Assembly: GCA_000320545.1 (NCBI GenBank)
Contig: ADNK01001597.1
Span: forward strand, 1-59,601
DNA: 59,601 nucleotides
Source of the DNA: Bigelowiella natans CCMP2755
Lineage: Eukaryota; Protista; Cercozoa
Reading direction: 5' to 3'
Shown: positions 37,911 to 49,483 of the stretch, in pieces
How positions within the stretch are numbered: the first letter of the stretch is position 1
How the letters are laid out: each line of letters starts with the position of its first letter
The notes under the pieces: generated by a model
The model's input: only the letters and a program-made list of their open reading frames with translations
Database searches by the model: none
What the model was told of the DNA's origin: nothing
Position numbers and translations under genes: made by a program

Positions 37911-40900
37911 TCATCGCTTTCGGAACTTCACCAACCACCAGGTAATAGATTCCTCTCTAACCTTATCTCCTTTGTCGCTTACCCAGAACTCACCTTCGTC
38001 CTTAGGTTCGTGTCCATACCAGCCCTCTGCATCAAGGTCCCCCAGGACCTTATACCAGTGCTCAAAGGGTAAGTCGGGAACAGCTAGGTAGAGTAGCTGA
38101 TATTTTCCGTCCTTTATTTTCATAGCTACCCTCTCCATATTTCGTAATCCAGGGTAGCCTAGATAGACAATCTTCATGCGCCAATCGTCGTTCACCCTGA
38201 CCTTATTGTTTCCATATTCCACATCGAACTTAGGTCGGGGTCCTAAACAAGGCATTGCTCGCTCCCACACAGTAGGGTTTACTTTAACATCCTCTAGGAG
38301 CTTCTCACCGATATCATAATTCTTTAGGTGACTGATGTGGCGCAAGGTGACCCTGTTCCCATCATAGATGTAGTACTGCTTCCTCCCCTTCCTCTCGGTA
38401 ACCTTTGCAACGCCACCCCAGAAGGGGTCTTGTTTATTTCTCGATCTCAGATTTACCTTGGCCCTAACATACTGTCCTTCCTTTAGAACTCGGCCATCGT
38501 ACGGGACCTTCTCGTCTTCGCTCTCGGTATCGTCGTCGTTGTCGTCGCCTTCTTCCCTCTCCTTATCCTTGATACCTCCCCCAGACGTGAAGGTGTCGTT
38601 TACTAACCCTTGTATCTTGTCTGGTGTGGTGCTATTTATCCTGCTTAGGTTGGCCAAGGTGCGGTGGAGTCGCTCTACCTTGGAGTTGGACTGGGCATAG
38701 TATACAGGTGAGGCATCAATATTAGGGTGTGGTAGCTGTAGAAGAGAGGTCTCATTATCCACATGTAACTTCTTTGGTATCTTGTTTATGCTAACTTCAT
38801 CAGGGATAGCCTGGAGCTCAGACTCCCAGGTACGGTAGCAGTTAGTAAGCCTCTGCTTATATAAGCCTTTGTTCTTCTTAGCAACGTTGACCTTGATAAT
38901 CTTTTTAACCCAGCACTTTCCAGTGGCCACATCAACGAAGGTAAGGTAGTGATAGCCATCGTACTTATAAACATCAATTTGCACGATATCTAAGAAGTTC
39001 CTTGCTTTGATTTTCTTAGATGCACGGCTCTTGCTGGACTCCTTGGTGGCGACGCCTGCCGCCTTCAAGCTGGAGCACCTGCAGCCACGCAGGTATGTCC
39101 TTATCTCTTTTAGCTTGTAGGGCCAGTAGTAATGGTAGAGTAGAGCAGTGATATGGTTTTCTCCTACGTGTGCAGGTCCATGGGCGGTAAAGAGAAGGGC
39201 TCCCCTGGTCCGCCGTGGCACGTAGGTACGCCTAACATTATTAGTGTATACATATATCCTATCACTAAGTACCTCATGCTTGTGTTTGTATTTATCCAGG
39301 TGTTCTTGAAGGTGCTGGAGCTCCTCTGGCTCAGGCAGGAAGTCGCCGTCCTCGAAGGTAATCGCGTTAACCATAGGGGTGACCTGGGTAGGGACTTTCT
39401 TTTCGAACAGCCTGCTGAAATAGTCAGCAAGCTGCTTGTCTCCTGGTGCGTAGACCACTGTCCTCTTGTCCCTAAACTCTTCCGTGTCCGCCCTCATAGC
39501 TGCATACTCATCGTTAGGCGCTTCGAGCTTGCGGTCGATGCCTAGGAGGGGCTTGTGGTCAGTCATTAAGGTGAAGCTGGGCACCGACAGCAGGTAGTAT
39601 CTTAGTTTCCTCTGCGCCTCAGTCATGGCTTTATACTCTCCTTTTGTAGGGCTGTACTTGGCCTCAGCTGCTGTGCAGGCCCTGCCCCACACCCGTATGA
39701 TCTGCTGGTCTTGGGTAAGTACAGCAGCCATACCTAGCTTAGACCAGTCTGTCCATAGGGTAGCTGGTCTAGTAGTGTCTAGCTTAGCATTCAATAGGGT
39801 GTTGCTGCATAACTTTATTAGGTTATCGAAGTGGGCATCAAGGCCAGCCTTGGCCCACACCTTAGCGAAGCTGAGGCCTACAGAGTTCTCCTTCCGGTAA
39901 GCAGTAGTAAAAGCAGCTGCAGTCCTAGCGTAGGTAGGGGAGAACCTACGTAGTATCCAAGCTGCAGTCTGCAAGAATGACTTTAACTCCTTTGCATTCT
40001 TAGGTTTAGGGGCTTGCTGTAGTGCTGCTACTTTCTCGGGGTTTGGGGTGATGCGGCCTTGCTCCAGGTAATATCCACACCACTTGATTCTTGTAGCTAG
40101 GAATGTACACTTCTGCAGTCTAATAGTAAAACCGAAGTGTGCAAACCTAATAAATATATTTTCCAGGAGGAAGATCTGAGCGACGACTGTGTTGGTACAT
40201 ATTATGTCATCATCCACATACACAAACACAAACACCCACAACACAGACGCCATCCCATCATGTGTGTATGCCCTGTAGTTCTGACTACTGAACGCATCCC
40301 CTGATATGCTTAGGCCGTAAGGGAATACGACGAAGTGCCACTTCCTGTGCCTGCTGGAGAACGCGGTAATGGGGCGGGAGGTTTTGTGGATGGGTGTCTG
40401 CATGTATGATTCATTTTTATCTAGGGAAGAGTAGTATTTGTATCCTATGACGTGTTCAATAACGTCATCTATCCTTGGTGTAGGTGTCTGGATCCTCTTT
40501 ATTACTCGGTTGTGGCGGATGAAGTTGTGCGCCAGGCGGAAGAAAGGGTAAGTAGGTTTCTTAGCTAGCACATGTCTCACGTTCCATGGTGAGTTGCTTG
40601 GCTCTATCTTCCCTTCCTTTGCCCATTCATTGATCTGCCACTCTATCTTTTCCCAGTCCGCTTCCGGTCGCCTATGTTCTGGGTCATTGATGATGCACTC
40701 TTCGTATCCCTTCTTTAGCTCGATCTTTACTGGGGTAAGCTTGCTGGAGGGCTTCGTCGTCGGCTTGGTGATGTCAGAGTACTTCTCGTTTAATATTTTA
40801 TTAATGTACTTTTTGCCTTTGTCGACATCCCAATCATCAGCTGGGGGGGTCTTGTCCAGTAGCTCCGTTATCTGTCGGATGGTCTTGCCGGGGTTCTTCT

Positions 40901-41746
40901 TCCGTAGCTCGGTAGGTGTAGGTAGCTTGTTGTCCGCTAGGTCCATAAACTCTAACGCATTAACGCTTGACTCAGAGGTCCACTCGTCAAGCCGTATCAT
41001 GTTCTGGCTGATGGTCCTGCCTGACTTCTTTGGCAACTTAGCAAAGTATATCTTGTGATTGTAGAATGATATGATCCCCCCTAATTTTTCTAGGGCATCC
41101 TGTCCGAGGAGTAGTTCCATGGATAAAGTCATGGCTACTCGGGTCTTGATTTGGGTCTCCGCGTCGCTGCCAGGTATCTGTAGCTTTAGCATTAGCTCAC
41201 CGACGGTCTTCATGGAAGAGCTTCCGTCTGCTTGAGCATATTTACGTTCTTTCTTAGTCACTTGATCCAATAGTCCTAACCTTCTTACTGTGCTTAGGCT
41301 TATGAAGGACTTCGGCATGCTGCCACTATCCCAAAGGGCAGGTAGTTTCTTGTAGTCTCCGTAGCTGTCTTTAACTTTAACCTTGGTCATAGCAACTTTG
41401 ATAGTCCTGTTAGCGTCTTCGTCATTAATGTTGCATACTCCTAAGTTCTTTATGTCGTCTAGGGTCATGGGCTTGTCTTGGTCCTGCGTTGCTGGTACTG
41501 CTGTCTTCGTCGGCGCCTGCTTAAGGTGATCTAATATTCCGTTTATCTGCTGCTGTATAGCATTGATACTGTTCTGCTTTTTGTTCTTATATTTATTGTT
41601 CTTCCCGTTGTTGCTGCCTTGCCATTTGCTGTTGTTATATCCTTGTCCTCTGCCTTTCTTTCTCTTTAACTTCTCGTAGTGTTCGTTGAGCTGCCTGATC
41701 GTCATCCTGGGTCGTCCTTCTTTCCTGTCTCTGCAGTCTTTAGCGG
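37911..41746 (-). CDS. pol: Pol: aspartic protease, RT, RNase H, integrase and a C-terminal adenine-methyltransferase-like domain
   Basis: ALWDSGS (PR); SPWN, FPYGL, YVDD (RT); WTDWS...TDHKPL...ADYFSR (RNase H); H..H..C.C and IDV/VDN/VER (IN). Confidence 0.93.
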
Positions 41747-43083
41747 GTTTTGTGGATGGGTGTCTGCATGTATGATTCATTTTTATCTAGGGAAGAGTAG
41801 TATTTGTATCCTATGACGTGTTCAATAACGTCATCTATCCTTGGTGTAGGTGTCTGGATCCTCTTTAACTTCTCGTAGTGTTCGTTGAGCTGCCTGATCG
41901 TCATCCTGGGTCGTCCTTCTTTCCTGTCTCTGCAGTCTTTAGCGGTGTGTTTCCCTTTACGTGAGCAGTATCCGCAACGTCGGTTACCTTCCCTGTCCTT
42001 GTACCAGTCTCGCTGCGGCTTAATAGCGTTAATGTTTCCTATGCCAGGTACCTTAGGGCTGGTAAACTTGCGGTCCTGCTCCTGCTCGCGTAGGGATATA
42101 GCCTGCACTGCTGCCTCCATCGTGGTGTAGCCTTTCTCCGTAACGTAAGTGGATTCCTTTATCTTTAACTTGAACTCTTCAAACCTTGCCTGATCATCAC
42201 CTGTGTTGTAATTAAAATCATGTAGTTCGTCGATCATATCCTGGAAGCGCGTGGCAAAGTCTCTAACAGGTTCTCTCTCATGCTGCATCATTGCTCTGTA
42301 TTTTCTAATAGCCTGGGGTAGGGAGTTAGCATCCTGTTCATTTACAAAAGCCTTCATTATCGCCTCAACGTCTCGTAGCCCACTAACTGTAGTGTGTATT
42401 TTCTCTAGCTGCCTGATCCGGGTCCTGCCTGTCTCGTAAAGGTCCATGGCTTGCTTTATTATAGCTAGCCATTTGAGCTTGTCGTTTTCGGTGGGGTTAG
42501 GGGTAAAGTCGCAGAGTATACTCCTAGCGTTCTTCCACCACCTCCTTGCCTCACCTCTTTTCCCGTTGTATTTCGTTATCATAACCGGTGCTGTTTTAAC
42601 AGACATGAACTGGGTGTTCCGCTGTACCGGCTGCTGCTGCTTGACGGTGCTCTGGGTCGTCCCCCGCGAGGCGCCCAGACCCCCGTCGTTCCTAAACAAA
42701 GCTGCCCACTCTGGAGGTAAGTCTGCTTCGTAATCCATGATGTCCTGCATGATAGCTGCCCAAACATCATGTGTCTGATACTTGTATTCTATCGATACTT
42801 TCAGTTTGGCGTAGTTGCTCGCCCTGGGTCGCAAGGCTCGTAATGCCATTACGACCTTCTTGCTTTCGGCGGCCACGTCCTCGTCGTCCGCCTCGTAGAA
42901 GTTCTCCAGTGCCTCTGCTGCTGCATCTGCTTTCTTAATCCCGGGTGCTGGTCCCGGCGGTGCCTGTGGAGGTGTTCCTCCTCCTTCCTTAGCGTCCGTA
43001 TCGCCCTTCCTTTCCTGTTTCTGCTCGTGCCCTTGCACGGCCTGCGAGCCAAAGTCCTGCTGTTCTTCTAGCTGCTGTGACAT
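41740..43083 (-). CDS. gag: Gag with CCHC-type knuckle, ending in an ectopic RT-derived segment
   Basis: 447-aa ORF; CGYCSRKGKHTAKDC; the last ~40 aa duplicate an RT segment. Confidence 0.88.
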   Translation of the reverse strand: MSQQLEEQQDFGSQAVQGHEQKQERKGDTDAKEGGGTPPQAPPGPAPGIKKADAAAEALENFYEADDEDVAAESKKVVMALRALRPRASNYAKLKVSIEYKYQTHDVWAAIMQDIMDYEADLPPEWAALFRNDGGLGASRGTTQSTVKQQQPVQRNTQFMSVKTAPVMITKYNGKRGEARRWWKNARSILCDFTPNPTENDKLKWLAIIKQAMDLYETGRTRIRQLEKIHTTVSGLRDVEAIMKAFVNEQDANSLPQAIRKYRAMMQHEREPVRDFATRFQDMIDELHDFNYNTGDDQARFEEFKLKIKESTYVTEKGYTTMEAAVQAISLREQEQDRKFTSPKVPGIGNINAIKPQRDWYKDREGNRRCGYCSRKGKHTAKDCRDRKEGRPRMTIRQLNEHYEKLKRIQTPTPRIDDVIEHVIGYKYYSSLDKNESYMQTPIHKTR

Positions 43084-43098
43084 TGTTAGTCAAATCGT

Positions 43099-43117
43099 TT
43101 CCCGTGTGTGGAAGCCA
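43099..43117 (-). promoter_or_regulatory. Primer-binding site TGGCTTCCACACACGGGAA
   Basis: TGG-initiated, 5 nt inside the 5' LTR, and conserved with the same spacing in the decayed element. Confidence 0.75.
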
Positions 43118-43122
43118 AAGGT

Positions 43123-43448
43123 TGTTGCGCGTAAGGTGTTCACAGGCCGAGGCGCTACGTGCACAAGTAGGCAGGGGGGGGGAAAGGCACGTTTGCTTCC
43201 TTTTGAAGAGTTGTGTTTATTTTTATTAAAGATTATATTTTTATTAAATCGTGCACTGCGTAATCATTCGCGAAGCTTTCGCGAATGCCGCCGCACGTGG
43301 GGCAGCACACTTCCGGTGTGCTGCCATGAGTCCCGCCGGAACCCACGTGCCTATGCTGTATTAATATCTACGTTATCTATATTCTATATCCGCGACAACC
43401 CCTTTGTTGTCGCACGTGACTTGTGCCCGCGTAGTGGTACGCGCTACA
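43123..43448 (-). repeat. 5' LTR
   Basis: Direct repeat of 37534-37859. Confidence 0.96.
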
Positions 43449-45254
43449 ATTCGACATTCCAACGTGACTGGCTAGCTAGGTGTGCTGTTGTTAGCGCCAG
43501 CTGCTGATGCGTTCAACAAGCTAGACAGGCATGCTTTCATTGAGCTGGTTAGCTGGCTAGCTGGCTAGCTCTGGAACACGGGGCTGGGTGCGCCTCAACG
43601 CCTCAACTCTGTGTGAAACCATGTGCACAAAACAGCCAGCTGTGTCTAGTCAAGTGAAGCAGGTGCACGGACACGGGGAGAGCATCGAGCGCACACGCTC
43701 CGAATGAATGAATGAACGAAGCGGTTCAGGAGCGGTTGGAAGGAATCAATCTAGCAATGAATGAATGAAAAAAGCATGCAATGCATTCACGTGTCAACAA
43801 AAGCGGTTGAAAGCTTCCTCGGGAGCGAGGACGGCGAACTCGAAAACTGGCAGAACTACTAGACTAAAGCAGCATTCACCGTTGTCGCATGATCGAATTG
43901 CAGGTCTAAAATGAATTAATGAATTTGAGACATCCGTACTCGCATGACGAACAAATGCAAACATGAAGTCCAGGGAAATCATCGATGATTTCTTTCATTA
44001 TCAGCATTTCGCGAAATTTTTTGCAGTTTTTCGAAGATGCAATTCGTCCAAGGATCCATCGATTATCTTAATTTTACTGGATACGTTGCCTGATGATCAT
44101 GATATTCCGTATCCAAATAAAGGCCACAATTTACTCTCTTACGACATCATATCCGCTGTTTCTGGAAGGTAATCCTAGGTAATCCTGGTAATCACCGGAT
44201 TCTTTCATGTACGAAAAATCAAATCCAAGATAACGGGTTTTCTGTCAAATTTTAACATGCAAAACATCTAAAATGTATAATCATTAATCTTTGCATCGTG
44301 ATGTGGCAGTGAGATGGTTATACCGAGTATGTTTGTCATCATCATGGAAGTTTATCCTATATTGTTAGGCCTGCCTCTGCTACACTGTCCAGAGACCCCT
44401 GTCCAGAGAGCATATAAAAGCAAAACTACCTGCCTACTTTACGTTAAGGGAGAGCATGTAAGCTGGCTGGCTGAAATAATGTTAAAGAAAATCTCCTGAT
44501 GATTGTTTTTAATACTGTGACTTGCCTGATTTGCTCTGCTCTCAATCCTCGCTGTAGTCCGTATCTTCAAATCTATCAATCACAAGTATATGCACGTTCA
44601 TTTGCCCTTTGAGTATTTAAATCCTCCTCTATTGTAAAGGCCCGGGCTGCATTCTGAAGCGATAGATGCTGGAATTCAACAGATGGAAACCGCACGCAAG
44701 GGCACTGGAAATAGTCGTCCAGAAGCCTCATACCCAGTACCGAATTGTGGTGACTTGGTAAATTTCTAGAAAGTTATTTCCCGGAACGAATTCGCTCTCT
44801 TACTTCCTCCTAGAGTCATTTCCTCCCTACAAAAACTAATCCAAAAAAAACTTATGTAATTGGCCATAGTTGGCGAAATTTCAGGAATCATCATCGTCAC
44901 TGTGCTTCCTCATTGCTCTATACTTCTCTCCCTCGATAACGCCTCCATACTTCCTTGCTAGCATCATATATCTCACGGTAAACTCACTGCCTGTGAATAG
45001 TCTGATCTTTTGTATTCGGCATTCTATCTGTAACATACTTCCTCGTTTCTTCTATTTAATCCTCGAGCAGATTGCCTCCACCGGCTACCACATCACGAAG
45101 CATGTGTATCCGTGCAAGCAATTTTCCTATTTCGAGCTCGGTAGCGGCATAATATCGACTCCTAGCTACTTGTCATCATCTTCATGATTGTTTCTAATTT
45201 CTGCGCTGCCACGCCATCATGCCTCCCCCGCCCCCCCCCCTCTCTCTCTCTCTG

Positions 45255-45302
<48 letters not shown>

Positions 45303-47110
45303 GCTTTCTCTGATTTTGGTTTGCCTACTCTCGTTGCTTCTTGTTCTCATTTCCTTGACCATTAGCCGACGGCATAGCGATTACCAATTTATGCACGTAC
45401 ACGATCACCTTTTCTCCGTCGCTTTCGGCGCTCTCCGTAATCATTGCTCTAGTCTCAGGATATAGGTATTTTTATCCCAGTAGCAAACAAATCCGTACAC
45501 AAACTTCTTATCATCGACAAGAGTTTGAGACGGTTTGGTAGTGCACGCAGTGAAGATTTCCGTGTTCAGACACTAAAAGAAATGCTGCAAACAGTAGAAA
45601 CAATAACCAGCTGTCGTGTTCTCTTATAGCATTAAGAACACTAAAAAAGTGGGATCCGAAATACACCAAAGCAAGAGAGGGGGAGAGGGAGGGAGAGAGA
45701 GAGAGACCGAAGCAACCGAATACTTGAATTTATAGAATCAATTGAATACTTATGCATTGCATGTGTTTTCCTTGCGATCCTAACTCAATGCAGGAACGAA
45801 GTTAAATATACTCTCTATCTCGGTAATGAAGAGATAGAGCAAAGGGGGGGGGTAGTTGAACCCAAAGTCAGTTTGTGAGAGCAGTTTTGGGCAATTATTC
45901 TGCTTCACCGATCCATCTATAGACTTAAACGTTATTCGTTGTGCTCTGCTCATCCCACCAAACAACCAAAAGTAAATATGATAAAAAAAACTTTGAACGT
46001 GCAGAACGCTTTTCGGGCGTACGACGACGCGATTTCGAGCTTTAATCGTGTCGCCGTACAAAGATTCCGTGTCGAGTCGAAAGCAGGCATTTGCCTCTTA
46101 TAATGAACACTATAATCTTCACATTTGTTAGTCTCCTTGGTCGCTGTGATGCACCTGGTATTCCAGCAAAGCTCCGCTATCTATGCCCTGCTAGTGGTTC
46201 GTCTTTCCTCTCCCTGAGAATAAATAGAAGAAGAAGAAAAAGAAGAAGAATATCAATAACAATAAGAATAAATTCAATTCTGTAGAAAACTTGGGACGTG
46301 TTTCGTTCTTATCCGTAATCTCCCCGTTTGTATGTTTTCCTGCATTTGCTGTCGGCCTCAGGGACTCGTGGTAGCCTTTTCGTTCGTCTTCTTCGACACA
46401 CATGTGAGAAGCGATGCAAGACCTATGCATATATGTGCCCCGTGTCTGTAAGCAGGATATCTGTTCATTGGATAGTGCTATCTCCTAATTTCCTACCGCA
46501 ATTACCATGTCTGTGTCAGGGATCCTTGGTGCCCGTGCAAATGCCTTTCCGATGGAATCGATGGAGTGTTTGGGGGTAGGAAGGCTTGCTGATAGTCAAA
46601 CAACCACCAAAAAAACCAATATTCGACTATAGCATATCACGTTGTATAGTGTACTTCTGACTCTGATGCGCATGATGTGTCAGAATTATGACGACTGAGT
46701 GTGATGCTTATACTCTCTTCGTATGTTTTGCTCTTGCTCTCGCTGCCAGGTGGCACATTGGCCAAGCTTCCTATATGTGGATCTTCGCTAATTGTTTAGG
46801 TAGGTATCTGGAGTCAGCTGCTTCTTAATACAGACGTATCTCGATGATGCGTGAAGGAGAGCCGAGACAGTAGTGAATGAAAAGATATCATGAAAGTTAA
46901 ACTGATGTAGACGCACCTCATTAAATTTATTTATGCTTGCGGTGAAATTTATTTCGACCAGTGCATGCTGCAAGTTTTAGTTCGTCAGAATACAGCAGGC
47001 AGCGAAAGGCCGCACGCATGTTATGTCTATATGAGAGGGACGTCATGAATAAATTTAAGCATTTCACTGGTCATTTTAATGTAGCTCTGCAAAGCAGCAG
47101 CTACACACAC

Positions 47111-47153
<43 letters not shown>

Positions 47154-47176
47154 TATGAGACGGATGTAATGAAGAA

Positions 47177-47770
47177 TTAAATTTTTTCAATGGTCATCCT
47201 GATGTAGCTGTGCAATGCAGCGGCTACAGCGCTAATGTTACATCTGTTGGTTTCTGCCACCACGTGCTTCATGCAATTGAAAGCGTCCTCATGCGACCGA
47301 TGTTGCCGCGCACTGCGCACAGCAGTTCTGGAGTCCTTTTCAGCCTTTGTCAGCCGGTTCGTGTCGTCGTTGCGATTCATGATCGCGCGCATTTGATTGC
47401 GCAATCTGATTTGTTCTCGACTGTGTGTTGGACATTGCAGGAGTCGATCCATGTCCTTCAGGATGCCACATGCATCGCACGTGGCATCTTTCTCTGTGCA
47501 TTGTCCACGTGAGAACATGAATTTTCCAAGATTGCCGACACCACAGATGGCGCGCATCCATGATGTGGCAACACTTGGAAGTTTTAGTTTGATGCCGGTG
47601 ATCGAAGATGACGGGAGGAATCCAAGATTCTTGAGATGCACAGCGCGCAATGAATCATTGGACCATTCCTCTTCGAATTCGTTGAGAGCACAGGATTTCA
47701 TCACCTTGTGATGTTTTTTCAGTTCCATTTTCAGCGCCTCTGTTGTCGCCAAAACGGTGGGCAATTCGTA
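47177..47770 (-). mobile_element. Decayed 5'-truncated non-LTR (LINE-like) retrotransposon, C-terminal zinc-knuckle region
   Basis: CDACGILKDMDRLLQCPTHSR resembles the LINE ORF2 CxxC..H..CP.Y motif. Its 3' end recurs at ~30985-31050 and ~47065-47105. TpA-depleted. Confidence 0.6.
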
Positions 47771-47854
47771 CATATGTATGTACACATATGTATGCATGTA
47801 CATATGCACACATGTGAATAAACAATTTTACATCCGTCTCATGTGTACACATAC

Positions 47855-47894
<40 letters not shown>

Positions 47895-48564
47895 ATATAT
47901 ATATTTAGCTAAACATTACTTATCATATTTACTCAACCAATTTTGGAATAATACTTGCATATAAACATGTATCAACACATGTGTGCAACACAGCTTGCAC
48001 ACATTGCACACCTTCACCCGTACACACCAAACTAGCAAAGCTACAACAGCGTGCGCGACTACTAGCCAGTGGTTGTGAGGCACTTCTGCACTGCTAGACT
48101 GGCTACTGCGCAACCTGCGAAAATCTGCCTCTGCGGTGTGCGGTGCACAGCAGCCAATGAGTGTTGTGCACAGCGAATGAGCGTTGAACGGCGTCATTTT
48201 GTGCTCTAGTGCTTATTTCCACGTTCTAATTGCTGTGCGTGAAGCCGCTGCAGTGCTTGTTCAAGGCTGGAAAGGCGTAGCAACCGCCGAACAGCTCGAA
48301 TATGATCTGTCTAGCTGTTCCCATTCACATTAGCGTCTCTCATTGATCATGATCATAGAGGCGATACAACCAATGGTCATTTCACATCTTTTGCCTCAGA
48401 TCTAGCATTTAGGCTATTCGTATCGTCAAATCACCGCAGCTTGGCCATCTTCACACGATATGGCAATGCTTGCTTACTTCACGCGAAGGCATGCTAGCAT
48501 GACGCTCGCGCGTTGAGTCTGTTTGGCTTTCATTGATTGTCTAGTTGTCATTTGCTAACGTAAG

Positions 48565-48964
48565 TTACATTGTAGGACACCAATTCATTATCGTCTCATC
48601 ATCTAGCGCCTTGGCGTCTAAGTCATCTAAAATTTTCATTAGTCGCTCGTCACTTGGGCCAAGTTGTAGTGCTTTGGTCAGTCTTTCGGGTAAAAACTTC
48701 AGCTTTTCCGTATATGAGCCCTTCGGATACAAGCAAAGAATTCAGACATTGTATTGCATTGAATCTGTTTTAAAACTATCCCCCCCCCCCTTGGGTATTA
48801 CTTTATATAATGTTCCAAAAAGCACGCACACTCTTCTAGCTAGTGTGCATGAAAAAAGTAGCATCATCTCGGTGTTGATTTTTGTCATGTTCTTTCACAG
48901 GGCATCATGACGAAAAAGAATCTTTGTCTCATGCTTCGGTAACCAAATTGAAAAGTACGAGTAT

Positions 48965-49035
<71 letters not shown>

Positions 49036-49447
49036 TACACACATTGTGTGTGTGTGTGTGTGTATGATGCGTGTAAATAATTTGGCTGAAATGTGCTAAT
49101 TGTCATGGCATCTGTGTTTTCCAGCGCATGCAAAGGATGAATGCGTCTGCTATACTTTCGTCAACAATGACCACTCGACTGCTACTACTACTACTACTAT
49201 TACTATTACTATTACTATTACTACCCGCTTGTGATAGAAGAGCATGTAGGCGGCATTCGTCTTGATCTCATCTTCACCAATCTGCTCGACTCGATCGTCG
49301 TCAAAACAGAACCAGTCCTTTCCCGCCGTCCCATCAGCCTTTCTCCTGGCGACGTACGCGTAGTAGTGGCCCCCATACGAATTCCCAACGTGGTTAACCA
49401 CGCCATATAGATCGTACAGCATCGAGGAGGAGGAGGAGTCTCTCTCC

Positions 49448-49483
<36 letters not shown>

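Larger units (their letters stand above)
37534..43448 (-). mobile_element. Young full-length Ty3/Gypsy LTR retrotransposon
   Basis: 326-bp LTRs that appear identical (37534-37859 and 43123-43448), TG...CA ends, 4-bp TSD ATTC, PBS 43099-43117, PPT 37860-37867, domain order Gag-PR-RT-RNaseH-IN. Confidence 0.97.

Noticed and set aside
43900-47040. Possible gene or pseudogene fragments on the minus strand
   Set aside because: Short frames with in-frame stops and no recognisable family.
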